Shown here: positions 1 through 11,243 of the stretch, in pieces
How the letters are laid out: the number at the start of each line of letters is the position of its first letter
Position numbering within the stretch: the stretch's first letter is position 1
NCBI GenBank assembly: GCA_977862235.1
Contig: OZ374557.1
Coordinates: forward strand, 62,001 to 126,000
Source: Dudresnaya verticillata
Lineage: Eukaryota
Direction of reading: 5' to 3'
Length of the DNA stretch: 64,000 nt
Position numbers and translations under genes: made by a program
The notes under the pieces: generated by a model
The model's input: the letters and a program-made list of their open reading frames with translations, nothing else
What the model was told of the DNA's origin: nothing
The model's database searches: none

Positions 1-367
1 GCATCCGTTGTCTCCGTTGACCGTTTCGAAATCGTCTGTACGCTGTGACAACACTGATGGCTGTGGGTGGATACACGGCCTACACCGCCAGATTTAGAGT
101 AGGCTAGACCATTTGCGAAGGCAGTCAGAAAGGGATGTGCGCAGGAAATAGTGTGGGTGAGACTTTCGGCCTGTAGAACTAGACGGGTAGAGTGCAGTCG
201 CATTCGTTAAATACCACTCCACCACTGTACCACAAGTGGGGGGACCCCTTGGGCAAGGGCGACAACCCGTACGGTACCGTGCCAACTTGGCCTTAACTCG
301 AAAACTCTTACTGCCTCCTTCGCAGCCCCCCCAAGGGTGTTCTGAACAACAATAATTTTTCAGGGGA

Positions 368-2485
368 ATGTTTCGCATTACCGTTTTCCTTCTGGTTCAT
401 GCTTCGCTTTCACTTTCGTTTTCGACAAGCTGGCACCATGCCGCTCTAGGTCGTGTGCTGTGGGCGACCATTGTGCCGAGCTCTACGGATGCGCTGGTGA
501 CGACACAAGCGGGTGTCGTAGCTCGTCTTTCGCTGGAGTCTGGCTCCTTGGTTTGGCTCAGTCCAATGCAGATGCGGATTCTTCGCGTGGCAAGATCCGC
601 ATCTTTCCCGACGCTTGCAGTATTGCTTGAGAGTGGCCATGTCCGGGCAATATCGGTGGTAAATGGAAGTGTGTTGTGGACGCGCCGAGGATGCGATGTC
701 TCCTCAAATGATGTCCAATTCGTTGTGTGGCCATGCACCCACGATGAGTCCAACGTGCTTGTGCATGCATGGACGGGGCTAGCTGTAACTTACAACGACG
801 AAAACAGGACTAGGGAGAGTGTAGGTGTTTTGCAAGCAGAGCTGGAAACCGCCAACGGCGAACTCGCCTGGCGGTTTGCCGGGACAGTGTTGAGATCCGC
901 CCCGGACGGTCGCTTGTGGGTAGATGGTGCTAACGGTGATGTGTGGGCACGGGAGGAAGGGCTGGCGCATCTGTTTGACGGTGCTTTTTACGAGTTCTCA
1001 GGTGAGTCGCTGTTCGTCGGATTGTCCACGCTTGGGTTACTGTACGGGCTCAACACGCAGAGAGGAGGGGAACTCCTGTGGAAGAATCATGTCGGAGAGA
1101 GACTCTGCGCTCTCGCCTCTGGCCACCGGGAGCTTGCTGTCGTCGTGTGCCGGCATGGCGAGGCCGGTAGCTTTGTCAAGGCAGTAAGCGTCGCGACGGG
1201 CGCTGGCATATTTGAGAAGGTCTTGTCCGGATTCCAGGCTGAGCAAGCTACCATTGATCGCAGGCAGAAGTGCGGGAGTGTTTGTGCTTACGTCGTGCTG
1301 GTGGATCGAGAGGGTTTCGAAAGGGGCATCGCGTTGCCGGGATGTGATGTCGTTCCGGATGGACAGGTCGACCGCGGCTGGCTGTCATACGGGGCTAGCG
1401 ACCACAAGGTGCACGGCTTGCCCACATGGAGCGGGAAGTGGGGTCTATCATTACCAAAACAAATTTTGGTTTCCACAGTCGCGGCGGATACGCGTCCATA
1501 CACTACAGGGAGGCATTTGCATGATCCCCCGGTGCGTGTGACAATGGGACGTGAACTCTGGCTCAAGTACGATGACGTAGATGTTCGTTTGGTGCTTTCA
1601 GAGGACAAAGAGAATATGCTGGTACACGCAATCCTATTGCATGCCCGAACAGGCTCAGTGCTGGACATTGCTACGCACTATAATGCCGTAGGTCCTGTTG
1701 CCGCTGTGAAGAGCAGTAATTGGTTTGTCTACAGCTTCTGGAGCACTCTTCTGCTGCACCAGGAAATCAACGTCATCGACCTGTACGAACCCCTCAATAA
1801 TATGCCTGCTATTCGCGATATGGTCCTTGGCATGGTTTGTTCAGCCGTCGGGCCTTTATCTGTGAACACTTTTTGTATGGGTACAGGCGTTTGTGGCGAG
1901 TTGCCCACGTGCATGTTGTCGACGTCTCGTTGGAATGGTAACGAGCTGAGGAGGCATCGAACTGAATCGGAAACACCCCTCAGGATGCCACGTATAATGA
2001 AGTCCAGCTCACTTATTGGCACTCGCGTCGATGGTCTGCATGCATCCCTGACAACTCGTGGGTTCACAGAGCAATCCATCATCATGCGCTTAGACACTGG
2101 GCAGATTGCTCTTGTTTCCAAACTGTTTGTAGACGCTGGAAGCCCCGCCCATCGCAATACTGTGGACGAAGTGGAACGTTCATTTTCGTATTCGCCACTG
2201 CTAGGACTTTCATCCCCTTCGACAAGATACATGTCCGGAGGCAAGCGTGTTGCAGATCTGAGACAGGTATCGGTCGCAGCACTGGATGGCTGTAAAAGTC
2301 AGAATCAAGTTGCGGCCATCGGGATTGATATTGTGTACTCTGTGGAGAACCCTGTTGGAGCCTTGGACATGCTACCATCTGACTTTGTTTACTCCGCGGT
2401 AGTTGGCATGCTCGTTGCGTTGGGAGGCGCTGCCTTTAACGCTCACCGAGAGACAGCAAGACTGAGCTTGTCACGGTCCTGGTAA
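368..2485 (+). CDS. EMC1: ER membrane protein complex subunit 1 (PQQ-like beta-propeller plus C-terminal EMC1 domain)
   Basis: Intact 705-aa ORF with an N-terminal signal peptide and repeated PQQ-like ..G...W motifs. It has the EMC1-type SNWFVYSFWS and LTTRGFT motifs and ends in LDMLPSDF, one transmembrane helix and a terminal Trp. Confidence 0.85.
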   Translation: MFRITVFLLVHASLSLSFSTSWHHAALGRVLWATIVPSSTDALVTTQAGVVARLSLESGSLVWLSPMQMRILRVARSASFPTLAVLLESGHVRAISVVNGSVLWTRRGCDVSSNDVQFVVWPCTHDESNVLVHAWTGLAVTYNDENRTRESVGVLQAELETANGELAWRFAGTVLRSAPDGRLWVDGANGDVWAREEGLAHLFDGAFYEFSGESLFVGLSTLGLLYGLNTQRGGELLWKNHVGERLCALASGHRELAVVVCRHGEAGSFVKAVSVATGAGIFEKVLSGFQAEQATIDRRQKCGSVCAYVVLVDREGFERGIALPGCDVVPDGQVDRGWLSYGASDHKVHGLPTWSGKWGLSLPKQILVSTVAADTRPYTTGRHLHDPPVRVTMGRELWLKYDDVDVRLVLSEDKENMLVHAILLHARTGSVLDIATHYNAVGPVAAVKSSNWFVYSFWSTLLLHQEINVIDLYEPLNNMPAIRDMVLGMVCSAVGPLSVNTFCMGTGVCGELPTCMLSTSRWNGNELRRHRTESETPLRMPRIMKSSSLIGTRVDGLHASLTTRGFTEQSIIMRLDTGQIALVSKLFVDAGSPAHRNTVDEVERSFSYSPLLGLSSPSTRYMSGGKRVADLRQVSVAALDGCKSQNQVAAIGIDIVYSVENPVGALDMLPSDFVYSAVVGMLVALGGAAFNAHRETARLSLSRSW

Positions 2486-2617
2486 ACTAAAACAAGGTGA
2501 CCTTTACATGAGGTAATGGTATACCTTAACATGAGACCAGCGGCTTCCAGGGTACATCATGCGTCCGGAATAGGGCCGTGTCCAGCGGGTCAAGGACACT
2601 GTCAGATTCACCCGAGA

Positions 2618-4030
2618 CTACTCGTACGAGGCCATCATCTCTTCAAAAGTCTCCGCACGCCGGATTACCTTCCAGACGTCCCCGTCAACAAGAACTTCAG
2701 CGGGTTTCACTTTCATGTTGTAGTTCGAAGCCATGGCATAGCAGTACGCGCCAGAATCCATAACCGCCAGGCCTGATCCCTCAGCAGGTCTAGGAAGCAT
2801 TCTATCCTTCCCCAGGAAATCAGCACTCTCGCAAACCGGTCCGACAATGTCAAACTTCTCCACCTCCCCACCTGGCTCAACAAGAGATATGAATTGATAC
2901 GCATCGTACAAGCTGGGGCGAATAAGTTCAGCCATACTGCCGTCTGTGACAATGAAGTTTTTCGAGCCATTCGTTTTGACTCCGATGACCTTATTAACCA
3001 TGATGCCAGCATTTCCAATCATGGAGCGACCCGGCTCCACAATAATAGTGAGTCCAGCCGCAACGAGCTGCGGACGGATAGTGTCAATCAAATCGATGGG
3101 ACGCGGGATATTTTCCCCCAGGCGCTCGTAGTCAATACCCAAGCCACCACCGATGTTCAGATAGCGAAGGGTATCAAAGCCCTGACCTCGAATCTGGTCG
3201 ATGAAGCCTATCATGATATCCGCAGCATCCCTAAAGATGTCGACATTCTTGATCGTGCTGCCGAGATGGCAATGCACTCCGACCAAGCGCAGCAAGTCCT
3301 CCTCATTGATACGGTTCAAAAACCAATCCAGGTGTGAATTGCGGATACCAAACTTGCTGCTCGCAAGCCCAGTACTCACGTATGGATGGACCTGAGGGTC
3401 AACGTCCGGATTAATACGAATGAGAACATTTGCGGTTGTCCTCGCCTTCTTCGCCACCACAGCAATGTGCTCAAGATCAAACTCTGAGTCAATGTTGACC
3501 AAACAACCGCAATGTACCGCAAACTCGAGCTCCTGCAAGGTCTTCCCATTGCCATTAAAAACAGTTTTGGTCATGTCCATGCCTGCTTTGACTGCAAGCC
3601 TTAGTTCGTTCCCAGACACAAGCACAGCACCGGACCCGAGCTCACAGAGCATCTGAACTATCCTGAAGTTATTGTTTGCCTTGATAGCATAGCCAACAAT
3701 AGCATCAAGGCCCTCAAGCGCTTTTCGATACTCGATAAAATTCGCCTCGATCTGCGCCTTTGAGTATATGTAGACTGGGCTTGTCGTGAGCGAGTCTTGA
3801 ATATCGCGCACGCGGACACGCTCACAAGTCATGTAGCCCGCCTCGTCTACTGCGAACATTGGTGTCGGATTCTGCACCTGCGGACTAGCAACAACCATGG
3901 CGGGAGCGCGGTTCTCAAAGCCCGTGCGACCCACCATGCGGCCAGCTCTTGAGGTATTGGGCAGAGCCATCCCTTCACGTGGGTGCACCCGGCGGGATCG
4001 CACCCAAGGGGTGCATGGTACGAAGGCCAT
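2618..4030 (-). CDS. lysA: Diaminopimelate decarboxylase, probably plastid-targeted
   Basis: Intact 470-aa ORF with the PLP-lysine motif YAIKAN plus SKFGI, HCHLGS, NIGGG, EPGR, RPSLY, GPVCESAD and GAY..MASNYN. An Arg/Ser/Ala-rich N-terminal extension starting MAFV resembles a transit peptide. Confidence 0.95.
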   Translation of the reverse strand: MAFVPCTPWVRSRRVHPREGMALPNTSRAGRMVGRTGFENRAPAMVVASPQVQNPTPMFAVDEAGYMTCERVRVRDIQDSLTTSPVYIYSKAQIEANFIEYRKALEGLDAIVGYAIKANNNFRIVQMLCELGSGAVLVSGNELRLAVKAGMDMTKTVFNGNGKTLQELEFAVHCGCLVNIDSEFDLEHIAVVAKKARTTANVLIRINPDVDPQVHPYVSTGLASSKFGIRNSHLDWFLNRINEEDLLRLVGVHCHLGSTIKNVDIFRDAADIMIGFIDQIRGQGFDTLRYLNIGGGLGIDYERLGENIPRPIDLIDTIRPQLVAAGLTIIVEPGRSMIGNAGIMVNKVIGVKTNGSKNFIVTDGSMAELIRPSLYDAYQFISLVEPGGEVEKFDIVGPVCESADFLGKDRMLPRPAEGSGLAVMDSGAYCYAMASNYNMKVKPAEVLVDGDVWKVIRRAETFEEMMASYE

Positions 4031-4289
4031 GTTTTCCTACTTGCTACTGCCGACGAGAACGGAGACCCAACCCCAAACCCCGAAAACCAAATCCCCGACG
4101 GCGACGGAGTCGTGCCTTCAGAAGGGTGCCTAACTTCACTGGCTTCAGCAAGAATGCCTGTTCTCTGCACACAAACACTCTAGCTGAGTATAGTTGAGGC
4201 TATGAGTTTTTGTCGACGTGATATTTTCCACATGTACACCTGTACAAACAAGATTTATCTGAAAATCAAGCCGGCTGGTGGCCAGTGCG

Positions 4290-4745
4290 TGTCGATTTGG
4301 ACCCATCTGTGTCGCAGAGTCGCACTGTAAGATACCTTACAGTGCTCCCGCCGTCGGCGACCAACGCGCCGTCCGCGCGCGACGCGCACGCCCGACTGCA
4401 ACTGGCTGGGCTACTTCAAGCCCCGCTGACCACTGCAGACCACCCCCGCTCCTCGAGAGCACGATCGAAGTAGAAGAGTAAGCAGCGTTGACGAGAACGT
4501 CCGTTGCGTCAGCCGCGGTGGTCTGCCGTAGCCCTCTTCCCTTGCTTCGATAAACCTCGCCCACCTCTCTGACCCGCTCGCTCCGCTCGCGCCCCGCTAA
4601 GTTCCGCACGCGCCCCGCTTCGCCCCGCTTCGCCCCGCTCGCGCCCCTTTCCCCGCGTTCCGCGACCCTGCGCGCCGTGCCCGCAGAGCGGTGATTGTAC
4701 ACCACTCTCACGCCGCGCGCGCGTGTCGACCGGCTACGGACGACA
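4290..4745 (+). repeat. 5' LTR of the Copia-type element (456 bp)
   Basis: TGTCG...CGACA termini; near-identical to 8842-9287. Confidence 0.95.
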
Positions 4746-4828
4746 ATCCGGATTCCTACCCGGTTCCACGCGCCGACTTCGTCGCTCAAGACTTTGTTAC
4801 GATCGTAACCCATAACGCCTGAAAAAAA

Positions 4829-7120
4829 ATGACTGCGAGCACACGCAGTCATACCAAGGCTTCTGCCGCAGACAAGAAGACCTCAAGGAAAGAGTTCAAG
4901 ACGAAGGCTGCCAACCTAATCCGCTGCCTCAAGAATTCCAACCTTACTGATGAGCTTTCGCAGAAGCTGATCAACGTTTCTATTTCTGTTCTCTCTTTCT
5001 ACCCGCTTTCCGATGCCCCAACGAGCAGTACAGGAGATTACGAAGACGTGGAAGCCAAGTCTCCTACCGAGAAGGCCGCAAGATTTGCGATGGAGCTTCT
5101 ACCGCTGCCCAAGAAGATCTTCACAGAAGACTTCTTCGAGGTGCCGACTTTACCAGTCAACAGTCTGTTTGAGGTGGCCCGACTCTACGAGTTTTATGAT
5201 GTCCCCCAACAGTATTGGGACAAAGTCAGCCTCTCAGACACTGAGAAGAAGAACAAAGGACTTGTCAGTCTCGTTTGGTTATGCTTCTTCACTGGATGCA
5301 CGGCTGCGTTCTCCATCGATGCTGTACGCCAGTTCAAGGCTTGTCGTGGATCTCCTAACCCACTCATGCACCTTCTTTTCCAGAATAATACTGTGAAAAG
5401 CTCAGTTGCTGAGGAGAGAGAAGATACCATCTCCCGTAAAGACCACGAAGCTCCGATCCTACAAGATATCCGAGTGGACAAGAACCAAGTTACAATGCAC
5501 GGTGTTACCACCAACGCCGCTGATCATCCACGCCATCGCCCGGGAAACAGCCAATTTGTTCGCGACAACAACATGCAGCAGATTGACCCCTCCGCTGCAA
5601 ACTCGTATGAACAAACGCGGGATGAGGACATCGCGCACACGATGGCTCACATCCCGGACGGGAGTTACTATCCGCGCGCCCCACCCGCCCAGAACAACGA
5701 GGATCACGGTTATCCGAACATGGTACAGCGTCGGTATGGATCCAACGAAGGTCCAAAGAAGTACGGTTCGTCACCTTCCGAGCCCGGTAGTGGCGATCAG
5801 CCTCATGGTCCGCCGTTTCATGTTTTTGGAAGAGGATCTCATCGCCCGAACAGGGGACCCCCGCCGAACAACTTCGGAGATGGAGCAGGTCACAACGATC
5901 GAGGTCGAAACCCTCCCACCCGCTTCCCAGATCAACGTCGAGGCTACACTGCCGACAATGATCGTGACCAGCGCGATGACCCTCGCAAGGTTAACTACGT
6001 CCAGCAGATGTTCAAGGGATACAAGTTCTCCGGACACCTGGCTCAAGACCTCCATCAAACCTTCAATCTGTACGCAGTCTGCTCAAAGCAGTACACCCTC
6101 TCTCAGGCACACAAGGCAGAACTTCTTGTTCATGCATTCGATGGCGCTGCGCGTAAGTTCTACTTTGAACACACGCGAGAGGACATGTCATATCAGGAGA
6201 AGACACAAGTCATGATGAAGGAGTATGTTTCCGACGCTCGTCAGCTCCAAGTCAAAGGCACTCTTGAGACTCTTCGTCTCCGGACCTTCATGACCAAGAA
6301 AGACATTTCTGATGTCGCACATGGCTTGACGCAGCTAGTTGAGACAATCAACGAGCTTGTACCGCAATGCCCCAAGGACTTTCGCTCTGATGCTCATAAG
6401 GTTGCCTACCTCCACCGAGCAGTGATTGAGTTCCAAGAATGGTCCCGCATTCCGATACAGAACATCACGTCGCAAGGTTACAGCTTCAACGCGTTCGTTA
6501 CCACGCTTCACGAGTCCATCCAGAATCTTCGTCAGCTGGAGTTGCCCACAGGTGGAGATGCGCGCCAGTCTACCTTCACAGGACTCACCGAAGAAGACAA
6601 CCTTCGGCACAGCAACAGTGTCCAGACTCATATGCTTCACTATGGTCGGAACCCGCGCAAACTCTCGCGCTACGGTTCCAAAGGTGGTGACCCTGGTGCA
6701 CAGCTTCGGAGCCAGCAACGAAACAATGCTGCACGAACATTCGCTGATGCTAGACGTCTCAATGAGTGCTTCCGCTGTGGTGCTGACAATTGGAAGCCAG
6801 GACATCGTTGCGCGAAAGGAGCCATACAGTCCAACATCCGGGGCCGTATTGCTCGTGGTGAAGATTCCACGCACATCGTTGCTTCTCTTGTCGGAGACAT
6901 GGAGGAGGAACTCACAAGTTCTCAGGATCAGGAAGATGCAGACGTTCAATATGGTGAACCAGCAGAGTCTGAACTAGATCGCTTCGACGCAGCTCTAGCC
7001 AACACCGGAATCCAGACCAACTTCGTAGACCCTATCGAGAACTTGGAAGCGGAGATTGTAACCAACCACATCTCGGCTGGTATGCCGCAGGATTTTTGGA
7101 TAGGCGACAAGAGCATGTAA
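4829..7120 (+). CDS. Gag-like protein of the Copia-type element
   Basis: Intact 763-aa ORF just after the 5' LTR, with a helical capsid-like region (FSG..., AFDGAARKFY) and a zinc-knuckle variant CFRCGADNWKPGHRC. Confidence 0.8.
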   Translation: MTASTRSHTKASAADKKTSRKEFKTKAANLIRCLKNSNLTDELSQKLINVSISVLSFYPLSDAPTSSTGDYEDVEAKSPTEKAARFAMELLPLPKKIFTEDFFEVPTLPVNSLFEVARLYEFYDVPQQYWDKVSLSDTEKKNKGLVSLVWLCFFTGCTAAFSIDAVRQFKACRGSPNPLMHLLFQNNTVKSSVAEEREDTISRKDHEAPILQDIRVDKNQVTMHGVTTNAADHPRHRPGNSQFVRDNNMQQIDPSAANSYEQTRDEDIAHTMAHIPDGSYYPRAPPAQNNEDHGYPNMVQRRYGSNEGPKKYGSSPSEPGSGDQPHGPPFHVFGRGSHRPNRGPPPNNFGDGAGHNDRGRNPPTRFPDQRRGYTADNDRDQRDDPRKVNYVQQMFKGYKFSGHLAQDLHQTFNLYAVCSKQYTLSQAHKAELLVHAFDGAARKFYFEHTREDMSYQEKTQVMMKEYVSDARQLQVKGTLETLRLRTFMTKKDISDVAHGLTQLVETINELVPQCPKDFRSDAHKVAYLHRAVIEFQEWSRIPIQNITSQGYSFNAFVTTLHESIQNLRQLELPTGGDARQSTFTGLTEEDNLRHSNSVQTHMLHYGRNPRKLSRYGSKGGDPGAQLRSQQRNNAARTFADARRLNECFRCGADNWKPGHRCAKGAIQSNIRGRIARGEDSTHIVASLVGDMEEELTSSQDQEDADVQYGEPAESELDRFDAALANTGIQTNFVDPIENLEAEIVTNHISAGMPQDFWIGDKSM

Positions 7121-8097
7121 TGCCTCAGCCTTGTTGCCGACCGAACAAGCGATGGAAGAAGCATCATCGTAAAGCAGTCCCGAGGCATTCCCACCCAGCC
7201 CAACCCAGCAAGCCACCAGACATCTTCATGGTAGACATCCACGTTGGTTCTCTTGGAAAGGAGATTCGGAATACAAGACCAGCTGGCTTCTGTGTGGACA
7301 TTGGGGCTCCAAAATCTGTCGTAGGACGCAAAGAGATGCATCGCATCCTTACTGCTGCAGGCATACATTCCAGAAGACTCATGCACTTGCGCAACAGGTT
7401 TCGTTTTGCCGACGTCACGTACGAGTCACCCGGTCGCATTTCCATACCGCTGTTGACCCCACCAGGCATAAGCAACATCGACGTTGAAATGGACATTGTC
7501 CAAGCCAACATCCGATGTCTCAACAAGGCCGTAAGGTACGCGGTTGATCATCAAGTCCGCCTACGCGTCCCACGGTTGAAGTCAGACACCATTAAGGTGG
7601 TTGGATTCTCGGATGCCTCTTTCGCAAACAACACGGATCTCAGTTCCCAGCTTGGCCACGTTGTGATTCTCACTGACGACAGTGGAGCTTCAGTCCCAGT
7701 CAGCTTCAAGTCGTACAAGTCAAGACGGGTGACTCGCTCAGCAATGTCCGGGGAAGTTATAGCATTCTCCGACATGTTCGACATCGCCATCGCCATCGCA
7801 GGTGAGCTTGGAGTTCTTCTCAACAAGACTGTACCGGTCCAACTTCTAACCGACAGCAAGAGTCTCTTCGACGTCATATCCAAAGGCTCCAGAACATCTG
7901 AGAAGAGGATGATGCTTGACATCGCTGCGGCACGCGAAGGGTTCGGTGATAAGACGATCTCGGACATCGGGTTTGTCCGCAGGAGCTCCAACATTGCTGA
8001 TGGCTTGACGAAGATGATGAGTCAAGCACAGTTGCGAGAAGTTGTTGTTTCCGGTTCGCTAAACATTCAGCCGGAGCAGTGGATCATTCGCAAATAG
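7096..8097 (+). pseudogene. Internally deleted pol: aspartic protease fused in frame to the RT C-terminus and RNase H
   Basis: Protease motif VDIGAPKSVVG is followed at ~7510 directly by LNKAVRY..., GFSDASFANN.DLSSQLG, RVTRS...EVIA, TDSKSLFD and NIADGLTK. No integrase core or YVDD motif is present. Confidence 0.88.
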
Positions 8098-8841
8098 CAG
8101 AGACGCACTCTGACCGCTGTGGCCACAACCGCATTACCGTTCGCGCAAAGAAGAAAGAAACTGTCAGTATTCTGAGGCATTTCCGCAAGTCTCGCATTGT
8201 CTCGCATACCCACGAACAAGAAGAAGACGTTGCAAACACCCCAAGCGTCCAAGATGGTTGAAGCCCCCCAACTTGCAACTGGGACCCGGCAGGAAGCCGT
8301 TTGGGCCCCGACCCATACGACGTTTGGATGGCGTAAAGGAATTGGACCTCTCCCATTGGGGTTTCCCCTGCAAGGTTGAGCGCGAAGCTGCGGACCGGCA
8401 CAACATAGGTGTCTTGTAGCCCGCCGCATGGGTCAATCGGCAAGAAGGAGTGGTAGAAAGCTACCATTTGAGTGAAGACGAGTCCACAAGCGAACCAGGA
8501 CGCCATAGGGTGCTGCGCGGTCAGGTTGGTTCGTGAGCAGAGCAGGGGAGGGGAAGGAAGGCACAACCGGTGGCCTCTTATATCCCGCCTGATGATTATC
8601 ACAGTTGGTAATTTCTACCCGACCATTTGGCGCACGATTTCCCGCCCCGAAATTGCCGCCCTGGGCCCGATTTATCTGCACGCCTCATGATTATCATAGT
8701 GTGAAATTTCTACCCGACGATTTTGGCGCCTGATTTTGGGCCCCGAAATTGCCGCCCTGCGCCCGCTTATTCTTCCCGCCTAAGTCTAGTGCAAATTAGA
8801 TATGCGCGCATCGCCGACGACCGTTCTGCGACAGGGGGGAG

Positions 8842-9287
8842 TGTCGATTTGGACCCATCTGTGTCGCAGAGTCGCACTGTAAGATACCTTACAGTGCTCC
8901 CGCCGTCGGCGACCAACGCGCCGTCCGCGCGCGACGCGCACGCCCGACTGCAACTGGCTGGGCTACTTCAAGCCCCGCTGACCACTGCAGACCACCCCCG
9001 CTCCTCGAGAGCACGATCGAAGTAGAAGAGTAAGCAGCGTTGACGAGAACGTCCGTTGCGTCAGCCGCGGTGGTCTGCCGTAGCCCTTTTCCCTTGCTTC
9101 GATAAACCTCGCCCACCTCTCTGACCCGCTCGCTCCGCTCGCGCCCCGCTAAGCTCCGCACGCGCCCCGCTTCGCCCCGCTCGCGCCCCTTTCCCCGCGT
9201 TCCGCGACCCTGCGCGCCGTGCCCGCAGAGCGGTGATTGTACACCACTCTCACGCCGCGTGCGCGTGTCGACCAGCTACGGACGACA
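8842..9287 (+). repeat. 3' LTR of the Copia-type element (446 bp)
   Basis: Copy of 4290-4745 lacking one CGCCCCGCTT unit, with about four substitutions seen by eye. Confidence 0.95.
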
Positions 9288-9584
9288 GTGCGCCAAGTTC
9301 AAGGGAAGATCTCGGACACGGCCGTATGGGAAGTCTAAATTCAGGTGATCAAAGTCCAAAATTTGTCCGGCGGAGCACGTAGTGAGAGCTGTATTTCGCG
9401 CAGTAACGCTATTTCCTGTAGTGCAGGTGAGTACAGCTCTGATGTCCGCCAATGATTCTTGCCGGATGAAAGGACGACCTGAATGGGGGTAGGGCACGTT
9501 GTGACACGGGACGTGTCACCGTTCCGTAAGCCCTCGGCCGCGCCCAAGTGCTTCGTTCTCAATTGCGGGTAATAGGCGTGACCT

Positions 9585-9695
9585 TCATTGCGGAGCTCTC
9601 ACAGGGGAACTGGGTCTGCAAAATGTCATTGCGGAGCTCTCACAGGGGAACTGGGTCTGCAAAATGTCACACGGCGCATGTCACACGGCGCATGT
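9585..9695. repeat. Tandem duplications (41 bp x2, then 14 bp x2)
   Basis: TCATTGCGGAGCTCTCACAGGGGAACTGGGTCTGCAAAATG occurs twice, then TCACACGGCGCATG twice. Confidence 0.9.
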
Positions 9696-10560
9696 AGTAA
9701 TTCGCTAATAAAGAAGAGAACGCCGTTTTATTTTAGTACTATTATCATTAAATTTGGGAGGGTCGTTTTTGCAAATTGTGGTACAGCCTGGTATCTTCCG
9801 TGATTGGTTCGATGCAGAGCTGAAATTAATCTAATCCATTGTATTGTAAAGGGTACAAAACAAATGGAAGCCACAGCAATTGCTCAAATTACTGTCGGCC
9901 GGAGAGAATAGCAACGGTTTATTGGAACGTCGGCTTATTGGAACGTCGGCCATTAACATGTTGGCGAATAGGCCCGAGCTGCCCAAGCTGATGGGCGCAC
10001 TGAAAATCAGGTTCCATAATGTGTTACAACATATGAGTATCAATGTACATATCGTCGAAGACACGGATCAGCATTTTCAGTGTACTCCCTTCAAGAATAG
10101 TTCATAAGACCACCGGAAGTTTTCCAACATAATAGTCTCAAACGTTCCCTATTTTCGGCCACTGTCGGGAACAAATCCATGCCCCAATTAGCTGATTGTG
10201 CCAAACTCATACGCCCCCTTCCATGACCCCAGATAGTCATGCCGACTCACCCGCTGCTATCACAACGGTTACATTTCACCTTCGATAACTCCCGATTGTG
10301 GTTATTCAACAACAATGATGGTATTATTGTGGTGCAAACGTCTGAAGACGGTACACCGCCGAGCAGTTCGGGGCTCGGTGGGTAGCTGCGCCCGTGGCGG
10401 TAAGTAGCCTCGCCTTGGGCGGCTTGTGGTAGAGCAGAGGACACGCCTTGAGCGGACTGTAGACGCCCGAGGCGGAAAGGAAGGGAAAAGGGAACAGAAA
10501 GGAAACACGTCAAGGACGGTGATAGACGTGGAAGCACGGGAGGTAGACGCTTGAGCCGTA

Positions 10561-11236
10561 TGTGGTGAAGCGGCCGTTTCGGAGTGCGGACGACGGTTGA
10601 ACCGACTCGCGGCCGGCGCACCGGTGAGCTGGCGCCAAAAAGCCGAAGCGGAGTGCAGTGATACAGTAGCACTGTATGCCCTGCTGGAGTCTGCGCGCAC
10701 CACCAATAGGAGCCAATTAGTTGATTTATTTGTAACTAGTTAATTATAATCATGCTGTACAGTACGTAGTGTCAGCCGGCCAATGAGAATGCCGAGCATG
10801 TCCGCAACGGTGACCGGGACCAGTAGGGCCGGACCCACCTGTTGGACCAGACCCATTGGGGTCTGGCCCACACGGACCGGACCGCAGGGCGTATCTCCCA
10901 GTATGTTAATGGGTGGCCACCGCGAGTCCTACAGTAAACGGGTACGCAACCCTGGGCAAAGTGACTTACCCTAAGCCTTACCCTTATACTCCTTTACGGT
11001 TTCCCCTCGCCAGCCCCGTGCACGGATTCCTCTTACCTCCGTCCCGGTGTAGCTGTCCTGGCACTGTGCCGTCCCCCTTGTCTGTTGCGTCCCTTTACTC
11101 CTTACAGGTGTTGCCGCTCGAGGTACTCCCTTCGGTCTACGAACTAAGCTCTACCACCCCGGTGCCGTGTGAGATCACTCCTTATTGGGATTGCCTGATC
11201 AGCTCTCCTTGCAGGGGTGCCTTTCACTTCACCACA
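10561..11236 (+). repeat. 5' LTR of Gypsy family A
   Basis: Near-identical to 21600-22275. Confidence 0.95.
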
Positions 11237-11243
11237 TCTTTTT

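Larger units (their letters stand above)
4290..9287 (+). mobile_element. Copia-type LTR retrotransposon, non-autonomous (integrase and RT deleted)
   Basis: Paired TG..CA LTRs, 5-bp TSD GTGCG (4285-4289 and 9288-9292), and polypurine tract AGGGGGGAG before the 3' LTR. Contains gag, protease and a Copia-type RNase H. Confidence 0.92.

Noticed and set aside
94..378. 94-aa minus ORF upstream of EMC1
   Set aside because: No recognisable motif, and it overlaps the EMC1 start and promoter; probably a chance ORF.
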